A stretch of DNA of 64,000 nucleotides, from IMG/VR virus record IMGVR_UViG_3300020421_002402, positions 32,001 through 96,000 of that record, one strand, 5' to 3'. Made by a program: the position numbers and the translations under genes. Origin of the DNA: a virus. Numbering within the stretch: position 1 is the stretch's first letter; each line of letters opens with the position of its first letter. Positions 57,194 through 64,000 of this stretch are shown in pieces. The notes under the pieces are model-generated. The model searched no databases. It worked only from the letters and a program-made list of their open reading frames with translations, and was not told the DNA's origin.

Positions 57194-57944
57194 ATTAACA
57201 TGCCATAAAGAAGTTAGTGTTGTTACAATCTTTGGTAGCAAAAAAGAAATAGTTGCAGTACAACCTAATAGGTTTAAGATGAGTTGGGGAATGTTTGCAT
57301 CTTTACACCCAGACTCAGATGCTGATAAGTTAGCAATAGACCAAAACATATCATATCAAAAGATACATCATTTTTTAAGTTACTATGTAGACAATGCATT
57401 ATGGTATGCTCCAGAAAGTATGGAGTGTATGGATAATCATTTTAGTGCAACAGACAATGCATTAATTATTACACCTAGTACAAACATATCAATACTATCA
57501 AATTGTTTGTTTGCAAAATTTAATAGCATAAGCAAACCAGATATACATGTATGTGATTTAAATATATTTGATTATGCTACAAACATGTCATATGATTATA
57601 GTGATGAGGAGTATATTATACCTTCAGTATTACCACAACAAAAAGAATTCATGGGAGAACTAAGTGTGTACGAACAACCTTGGTGGGAACGTGATGATGT
57701 TAGCACATATGATAATAAAGCACTGAACACAGAAGAACTTACAAATATTAGAAAGAAGTTATTAGAAAGCGAAGACATATTAGAAAGAGACTTTAGAGAA
57801 ATAGAAGATGCAGTTACAATGCATTTAACTGATGCAGACATATCAAGTATGACTGAAGAAGAAATGCAAAAAACAGCAGAACTTATAAAGTTAGATGATA
57901 TTAGAAAGAAAAAGAAAAAAGCATGGAAACCAAAGTTAGTATAA
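57168..57944 (+). CDS. hypothetical protein
   Basis: AGGAG RBS before ATG 57168; PWW.R.D motif. Confidence 0.7.
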   Translation: MEMMGPVVKLTCHKEVSVVTIFGSKKEIVAVQPNRFKMSWGMFASLHPDSDADKLAIDQNISYQKIHHFLSYYVDNALWYAPESMECMDNHFSATDNALIITPSTNISILSNCLFAKFNSISKPDIHVCDLNIFDYATNMSYDYSDEEYIIPSVLPQQKEFMGELSVYEQPWWERDDVSTYDNKALNTEELTNIRKKLLESEDILERDFREIEDAVTMHLTDADISSMTEEEMQKTAELIKLDDIRKKKKKAWKPKLV

Positions 57945-57984
57945 AACGGTTGACAAATACATATAAATCCCTTATAATGCAAAG

Positions 57985-58470
57985 ATGTTAGATAAACTTA
58001 ATAGATATCAAAGTGATGAAAACACAGGCTTAGAAATGCTCTACAAGGGTAAGAGCCTACATTCTACTGAGTTTACTACAACAGAAGACATAGACAAGTT
58101 TAATAACTTTTGTAATGAATTTGATATAAATGTGCTAAAAAAATTAGGTGATAGTGACTTCGACCGTATAAATACATATAACATTCCAGAACACTATCAA
58201 ACAATAGATGTAAAGGAATATGTTAGAAAGTTAGTAACGCAAGGTGAAAACCTAGCAAGAGTAGAAATGGAACTAACGGAATTCGAAGCCAGGAATTTGT
58301 TTCCTGTACTTAGGATACTAATATATATTATAGAGACCATGCGTAAGCATGAACTTGTTTGGGGTGTTGGAAGAGGTAGTAGTGTAGCCAGTTATGTATT
58401 ATACTTACTTGGTGTACACAAAGTAAATAGTCTAAAGTATAATTTAGACATAAAAGAATTCTTAAAGTAG
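57985..58470 (+). CDS. DNA polymerase III alpha (DnaE) fragment
   Basis: RV..EL..WGVGRGSSVASYVLYLLGVHKVNSLKYNL..EFL; leaderless after promoter 57950-57978. Confidence 0.85.
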   Translation: MLDKLNRYQSDENTGLEMLYKGKSLHSTEFTTTEDIDKFNNFCNEFDINVLKKLGDSDFDRINTYNIPEHYQTIDVKEYVRKLVTQGENLARVEMELTEFEARNLFPVLRILIYIIETMRKHELVWGVGRGSSVASYVLYLLGVHKVNSLKYNLDIKEFLK

Positions 58471-58478
58471 AGGATAAG

Positions 58479-58928
58479 ATGGTACAAAGAAGAACAAACA
58501 AAGGCGTTGTAATTGATATGGAAGCCTTACTTGCTCAAAATCAAGATGCACCAGCAATGGGTAACATGAGAGTAAATGCCAAAGGCGATGTTATCGGTAA
58601 GAATGGAGAAATAATCCAAACTGCTGAAGACAGAGCAAGAGCATACTATACAGAAAACCCTAAGTCAAGTACTGCTAAATCTACTCTTAAAGGCGCACAG
58701 CCTGACCAACCGGCACAAACAGAATCGGACATGGAGCCTGAAGTTAAGACTGCAGAAGCAGAAAAGACTGAAGCAAATCAAAGTGTAATTGACCAAGTAG
58801 ATCCAGCAAGTGTTCCAGAGAAAAGAGAACCTGTAGGATATAAAGAAGTTGAACAGCCTAACGGCGACATTGAAATGGTTCCAATATATGATGATGAGGA
58901 CGATTGGGAAGACGATGCCAACTCTTAA
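58479..58928 (+). CDS. phage hypothetical (GNMRVNAKGD motif)
   Basis: GAGG RBS; acidic tail. Confidence 0.7.
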   Translation: MVQRRTNKGVVIDMEALLAQNQDAPAMGNMRVNAKGDVIGKNGEIIQTAEDRARAYYTENPKSSTAKSTLKGAQPDQPAQTESDMEPEVKTAEAEKTEANQSVIDQVDPASVPEKREPVGYKEVEQPNGDIEMVPIYDDEDDWEDDANS

Positions 58929-59274
58929 AGCATACAAAGACAACATACTTTGCATAGAAGGTGATTTTGGAGACAAGACCACTGAAGCAGGTATCATTAT
59001 TAAATCAACAATTGGTAAAGACGAAGGAATAACTCCACGTTGGTTCAAAGCATTTGAAGTTGGACCAGACATTGATTGGGTAAAACCAGGTCAGTGGCTA
59101 TATGTATCATATGGTAGATGGACTGAAGGCTTTACTGTTAGAGATGATAGACTAGAAGAAGGTGCAAAACTTTGGAAAGTAGACCCAGAAGGTTGTCTGC
59201 TTATTTCAGATGAAGTACCAGAAGGACAAGTTAATGTTGGCGGTCTAACATCTATTAAACCAGACGCAGTATGA
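58915..59274 (+). CDS. GroES-like co-chaperonin
   Basis: LKAYKDNIL..TTEAGIII..EVGP..VKPG. Confidence 0.65.
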   Translation: MPTLKAYKDNILCIEGDFGDKTTEAGIIIKSTIGKDEGITPRWFKAFEVGPDIDWVKPGQWLYVSYGRWTEGFTVRDDRLEEGAKLWKVDPEGCLLISDEVPEGQVNVGGLTSIKPDAV

Positions 59275-59441
59275 AATTTCCAAGCACAGAAAATAGAACA
59301 GGATTATCCACAATAGGACTTGCAGGCTGTATTGTATTAGCAGGCGTAGTATTCAATGCAATTAATCCATGGTGGATTATTGCTGGTATCTTTTTAATTC
59401 TTATGGGAACTGGATTAGAAAGCGGTAAGTCTAACGATTAG
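59271..59441 (+). CDS. small two-TM protein
   Basis: ATGA coupling; GLSTIGLAGCIVL..WWIIAGIFLIL. Confidence 0.5.
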   Translation: MKFPSTENRTGLSTIGLAGCIVLAGVVFNAINPWWIIAGIFLILMGTGLESGKSND

Positions 59442-60505
59442 GCGTAACTAATTGTAATAACAGCAGTACCTGTCGTACTACTATCAGCATTAAAATAAGC
59501 CAATATATCAGTATCAGCGGCATTAGTATATGTGAAGTTAGGTTGTACTTCGTATATTGCAATATCTTTTAAATCTATATAATCGTTTGACAACAACCTA
59601 TCATTATCACCTGCATCACCAACTGTAAGTGTTGGAGCACTACCATCAAATGCAGTAGTAACATCAACAGTAACAGATTGTACTTTTTTGTTTTGACTTA
59701 TATTACCAATTACAACACTAGCACCAGTTGTATGTACAATAGTTGTTGTAAGTGTACCAGCATCAGTAACGGCACTATCGGCTGTACCAATTAATGTAAG
59801 ATGACTTGTTTGACTTGGGTCTGCTTGATTGGAAACATATAATCTATATTCACCATCACCACCATCGTCAACTTTAACAAAGTCACCTGCTTCAACAGTA
59901 GTTGCGGCAAATAAGGCAGTTAGGTTTGCAAAAGTGTGATACACCATATTACTACCAGTTGATGTAACACCTGTATTACCAACATAAACTGCACCAGCAA
60001 CAAATATAACATTACTTGTGCCTGTGCCTATTGCACTTGGTAAGTTACTTCCTATGAAGTTTAGTATGCCTGATTGATAATCAAAGTACCATTCGTCATT
60101 ACTACCTGAACCTGTTTCAAACAGTTGTGTACCATTTGTTTGTGGATTGTTTGTACCACTAGCCGCGGCATATACTTTTAATTGATATGTTGAACCAAAT
60201 GTTGGTGGTATCCAATTAGTTGTACTTGTTTTCCAAGTTCTATTATCACTTGCTGATCCATCTTCAGTTGTTTCTAAAGCACCACTTACACTATCAAGAT
60301 ACACATTAGCAATACTGCTATTAGCACTTGGTATGGTTGCTGGAATACTTGCTGACTGATTCCAAATGTCTGAGTCTTTAATAATAAAGTTACTTGCATT
60401 TGGTTCGTTAGGTGCTTTTTTATTTGCATTGGTATCTGTCTTAGTTTTACCAAAACCAATCTTCTTCCAAAGTAAATCAATTTTTTGACTATCTGATATT
60501 GCCAT
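59438..60505 (-). CDS. putative tail/virion structural protein
   Basis: KIDLLWKK, WYFDYQSGILNF; Thr/Ser-rich. Confidence 0.7.
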   Translation of the reverse strand: MAISDSQKIDLLWKKIGFGKTKTDTNANKKAPNEPNASNFIIKDSDIWNQSASIPATIPSANSSIANVYLDSVSGALETTEDGSASDNRTWKTSTTNWIPPTFGSTYQLKVYAAASGTNNPQTNGTQLFETGSGSNDEWYFDYQSGILNFIGSNLPSAIGTGTSNVIFVAGAVYVGNTGVTSTGSNMVYHTFANLTALFAATTVEAGDFVKVDDGGDGEYRLYVSNQADPSQTSHLTLIGTADSAVTDAGTLTTTIVHTTGASVVIGNISQNKKVQSVTVDVTTAFDGSAPTLTVGDAGDNDRLLSNDYIDLKDIAIYEVQPNFTYTNAADTDILAYFNADSSTTGTAVITISYA

Positions 60506-63132
60506 TATTCAATACTCAATGCTGTTAAGGAGTCACCGTCCTCTAGTTTTATTCTTACAAGTATATTATTACCTGTACTGTTTGATGCATTCTGGTCACC
60601 TAATGTAAGTGTAAATGTATCATTACTATAACTTGTTCCGTCAATAATTCTATCACCTGAAGTAAATGCAACACCATTTGAACCATTACCACCGTTGCCT
60701 GTGTCAGCACCTGGAGTACCTGATCCACCATATGTTATTCCTGCATCTACCCAACCATTTAGTGTACTTGCACTATCTATGCTTGTGCCTGGAGCGGCTA
60801 TAAAGAAGCCACTTACTGTACCTGAAAGTCTTATAGTAAAGTTACTCATTGTACTTCTTCTAAATGCAAAAGTAAAATATTGTGCTCCACTTCTACCTGT
60901 ATTCAAATCTGGTCCTGCTGGCAAGTATGCACTACTGCTTAAATCTGTATCAAAATGTTTAATACTACCCCAACGTGTAATTGCTTCTGGAGTACCTGCT
61001 ACTGTTTGTGAACCTGTCCATACATTTGCTGTATAGTTGTTCACACTACTATCAAATGCTGGAGTATCTGCAACTCCACTAAATCCTGTAATTCTTTTAC
61101 CATCGTCATCATGTGTAGCACCTAAACTATCACTTACTGCTATTGCTTCTTCGTCAATGCCTGTGCTACCATTAAATGCTTGTATATATTTGCCTGTAAG
61201 TTCTGCATAAGATCCATTGCCATTTACACTAAACGTTCTTGCTTTTAATTGTTCTATACCTATACCGCCACCATTTACATTTACTGTTAAGTCACCTAAT
61301 GTATATGCGGCTCCACTGTTTGGACCTGTATTTGCTTTAGGTGTACTACCACTTAAAAATGTAGTAGTGCCATCTATGTTTGCGTAAGTATAAGTTTGTG
61401 TGCCAATTGCACTACCACTTGTACTTTCTTGATTTGTTCCATTTGTTACAGTGAATGGTGAACTAGTATCTGCATAACATTGTCCAATCCAATCATGTAC
61501 TGTAACACCACCTAATGTAAGTGTTGCATCATTTGTGTAATAAGGAACACCTGAAATGTATTTTAATGTACCAGCACTTGCTTGAACTAATGTTGCACCT
61601 GTCATACTAGTTGTTGGACTTGATGTAACATCATCTTTAGTAAAACTTAAAATATTTGTATTACCACTTGTACTATGAGACAGTTTATAACTGTGAGTAC
61701 CAACACCTAAACTTGTAGTTGTTGAACTTATTCTTGCTTTGAAACCTTGATGTAATCCTGGAGAATAAATTGAACTACTAAATGATGTACTACTACCTGC
61801 AGTACTTAAAAATTGATAATCACTTTCGTCTGTTACTACTAAGTTGCCTGATGTACCACTGTCATCAGCATTACTGAATGTTATTGAGCCTGCATCTGCT
61901 CCATCTACTATTGCTTTTAATGTTCCAGCATCACCATTAAAAGCAAATGATGTTAAAGTATTTGTTTGCGTATCTGCACCTGCACTACTATTTGTTATCC
62001 TTGTAACACTTGAGCCTGCAGTCTGTGAATCTTCTGCACTATTGTCTGTAAAACCATGTGCAAGTTTTGGACTACTGCCTGAACTACTTTCACCAAACGT
62101 AATTGTTTTACTGCTTAATCCACTTGGTGCGGCAATACTTGGATCATAAACTTTTAACGAATCTGTTGTTGTACTGCCAACCTCTGCCGGATCTGCTGTA
62201 CTGTGAGCAGTCTGTTGTAATGTAATTGTTCTTACTGAACTACCACTGTCTGCGGTATATGTATGACTTGCTCTTGCTTGTCCAACGTCACCTGTACCAC
62301 CGGAACTTACTGAAGTATTAGCACTACCATCGCCCCAATTAATTTCATATGTACAAGTTGCTGAACCTGAATTTGTTGTTGTATTTTTTAAATAAATTGT
62401 TTCACCAGCATCTATTTCTCTACTGTTACCTGTTAATGCACTACCGCCTGAACTTGCTGTATATAGTTCAAAGTCTGCTACAGGAGTTGCTGTATATAAA
62501 GTAATAAAGTTTGTTTTTGTAATACTTGCAGTTGAACCTTCTCCAGAACCACTGTTATTAAATGCTGTAATTACTACATCATATGGTGAATTTGTATTAT
62601 CAGTATATGTATGACTTGGGGTACTATCAGTTGTTGCTGTATCAGTATCTCCATCTCCCCAATCAATAGTGTATCTATCTGCATTACCAACTACTGTTGT
62701 TGTTAATGTAACACTTAATGGGTTACCACCTGAACTTGCACTAGTTGAAGCATCAACACTTTTAACGTAAGTATTGTTTCTAATATTCTCTGTGACTTCA
62801 TTTAATCTATCTATTGCTTCTGAAACAGTTGTTGAACTTGTTAAACTTGTTACACTACCTGGACTACTAAAACTGCCATCACCACCAGAACCTAGTGTTA
62901 TATTATAAGCATTTGTGGAAACATTGGCTACACTGGCGTCTAATTGTGCTTTATTAACAGCATCTGAATCTATAATAGCATTAGCAACTCTTAAGTTACT
63001 TAAAGTTGTACCATCAGCCGCAGTCACCTGTAATGCTGATGTTGTTGCGTTTGCTACTACTCTTGGTCCACGTTTACCAAATTGAATGTCGGTTGATACA
63101 CCCTTTTGACCATATCTATATTCGTTTGCCAC
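60505..63132 (-). CDS. tail fibre/virion protein with PKD domains
   Basis: Two WGDG..HTY PKD repeats, DAVNKAQLD, S/T/G-rich; GTG start, late motif ~63161. Confidence 0.75.
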   Translation of the reverse strand: MANEYRYGQKGVSTDIQFGKRGPRVVANATTSALQVTAADGTTLSNLRVANAIIDSDAVNKAQLDASVANVSTNAYNITLGSGGDGSFSSPGSVTSLTSSTTVSEAIDRLNEVTENIRNNTYVKSVDASTSASSGGNPLSVTLTTTVVGNADRYTIDWGDGDTDTATTDSTPSHTYTDNTNSPYDVVITAFNNSGSGEGSTASITKTNFITLYTATPVADFELYTASSGGSALTGNSREIDAGETIYLKNTTTNSGSATCTYEINWGDGSANTSVSSGGTGDVGQARASHTYTADSGSSVRTITLQQTAHSTADPAEVGSTTTDSLKVYDPSIAAPSGLSSKTITFGESSSGSSPKLAHGFTDNSAEDSQTAGSSVTRITNSSAGADTQTNTLTSFAFNGDAGTLKAIVDGADAGSITFSNADDSGTSGNLVVTDESDYQFLSTAGSSTSFSSSIYSPGLHQGFKARISSTTTSLGVGTHSYKLSHSTSGNTNILSFTKDDVTSSPTTSMTGATLVQASAGTLKYISGVPYYTNDATLTLGGVTVHDWIGQCYADTSSPFTVTNGTNQESTSGSAIGTQTYTYANIDGTTTFLSGSTPKANTGPNSGAAYTLGDLTVNVNGGGIGIEQLKARTFSVNGNGSYAELTGKYIQAFNGSTGIDEEAIAVSDSLGATHDDDGKRITGFSGVADTPAFDSSVNNYTANVWTGSQTVAGTPEAITRWGSIKHFDTDLSSSAYLPAGPDLNTGRSGAQYFTFAFRRSTMSNFTIRLSGTVSGFFIAAPGTSIDSASTLNGWVDAGITYGGSGTPGADTGNGGNGSNGVAFTSGDRIIDGTSYSNDTFTLTLGDQNASNSTGNNILVRIKLEDGDSLTALSIE

Positions 63133-63234
63133 TAAATGCTCCTACGGATCTTATACAAACTATTTATCAAAATACCACTTGACATTGGTTCTATGATGTA
63201 CTATAATAAAAGCAGTTATAGATGGAGATAATAA

Positions 63235-63465
63235 ATGAGCAAAGAATTTACAACACAGGCAACATTTTCAAAGGGTGCAAGGGTCGTATCAGACTATAAA
63301 CATGATATGATTTTTGAACAACCAAGGGAAGGTTTAGTTCAACAAGAGTTTGTATCATACGAACATTGTGAAGCAGGTATGAAACGTACTACTGTCACAA
63401 GGAAGTTTACCAGTAATGGTGGATATGACGATGTTGAAGCGATAACTATTTTGCCTAAAGGATAA
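63235..63465 (+). CDS. hypothetical protein
   Basis: GGAG RBS; promoter TTGACA-17-TATAAT 63179-63207. Confidence 0.65.
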   Translation: MSKEFTTQATFSKGARVVSDYKHDMIFEQPREGLVQQEFVSYEHCEAGMKRTTVTRKFTSNGGYDDVEAITILPKG

Positions 63466-63469
63466 TAAT

Positions 63470-64000
63470 ATGAAAGATTTGTGGGTAGAAAAATATCGTC
63501 CTAGTAGCATAGACACTTATGTTTTTAGAGATGATAATCAGCACAGGCAAGTTGCAGGTTGGTTAGGAGACGGAGCACTACCACATTTGCTGTTTAGCGG
63601 AGCACCAGGTACTGGTAAAACAACACTTGCAAAAGTGTTATTGAAAGAACTTGATGTAGACAGCATGGATATACTAGAAATAAACGCAAGTAATGAAAAT
63701 AGTGTCGAAACGATTCGAAGTAAAATTACTAACTTCAGTGGCACTATGCCGTTTGGTGACATGAAGTATGTGTTACTCGATGAGGCTGATTATATTACCC
63801 CTAATGGGCAGGCGGCTCTACGTGGTGTTATGGAAATGTATCACACGTCCTGTCGCTTCATACTAACTTGCAACTACCCACAAAGAATTATTCCTGCATT
63901 ACATAGTAGGTGCCAAGGATTTCATATTGAAAAACTAGACATAAATGAGTTTACGGCTCGTATTGCAACAATTTGTATTGAAGAAGGTGTTGAAGTAGAT
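63470..64000 (+). CDS. clamp loader AAA+ subunit (RFC/gp44-like), partial; absent from ORF track
   Basis: LWVEKYRP, PHLLFSGAPGTGKTT, INAS, LLDEAD, SRC. Confidence 0.92.
   Translation, partial: MKDLWVEKYRPSSIDTYVFRDDNQHRQVAGWLGDGALPHLLFSGAPGTGKTTLAKVLLKELDVDSMDILEINASNENSVETIRSKITNFSGTMPFGDMKYVLLDEADYITPNGQAALRGVMEMYHTSCRFILTCNYPQRIIPALHSRCQGFHIEKLDINEFTARIATICIEEGVEVD

Overview
AT-rich (roughly one-third GC, by eye), gene-dense segment of a large tailed dsDNA phage (jumbo/T4-like myovirus character). It has near-consensus sigma70 promoters (TTGACA-16/17-TATAAT), a T4-late-like (G/T)ATAAATA motif, a T4-type lysozyme, an RFC-type clamp loader, a DnaE fragment, tail/virion proteins and tRNA-Thr/Glu. 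The host is probably an aquatic proteobacterium (inference from fdxA, TorF-like porin, UVDE). The window is rich in host-like genes: an essentially complete SUF Fe-S system (sufBCDS, sufT, sufE) with FdxA and a ferritin-like protein; ClpX/ClpP/ClpS, Hsp20, GroES-like and peptide deformylase; ribosomal proteins bS21 and bL33; NadE, GuaC, QueD, FabF, a GH6 glycosidase and a lipase. The least explained signals are non-coding or recoding. (1) A textbook -1 frameshift cassette (A_AAA_AAG, 6-nt spacer, 7-bp hairpin) sits at the end of a small lipoprotein gene, not a tail chaperone. (2) Five structured intergenic RNA candidates occur, most starting just after a promoter; one ~330-nt element ends in a ROSE-type thermometer on hsp20. 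(3) At least 14 genes appear leaderless, from both promoter classes, in a phage carrying its own bS21. Protein calls come from motif recognition by eye and RNA pairings were found by hand; no searches or folding programs were run.
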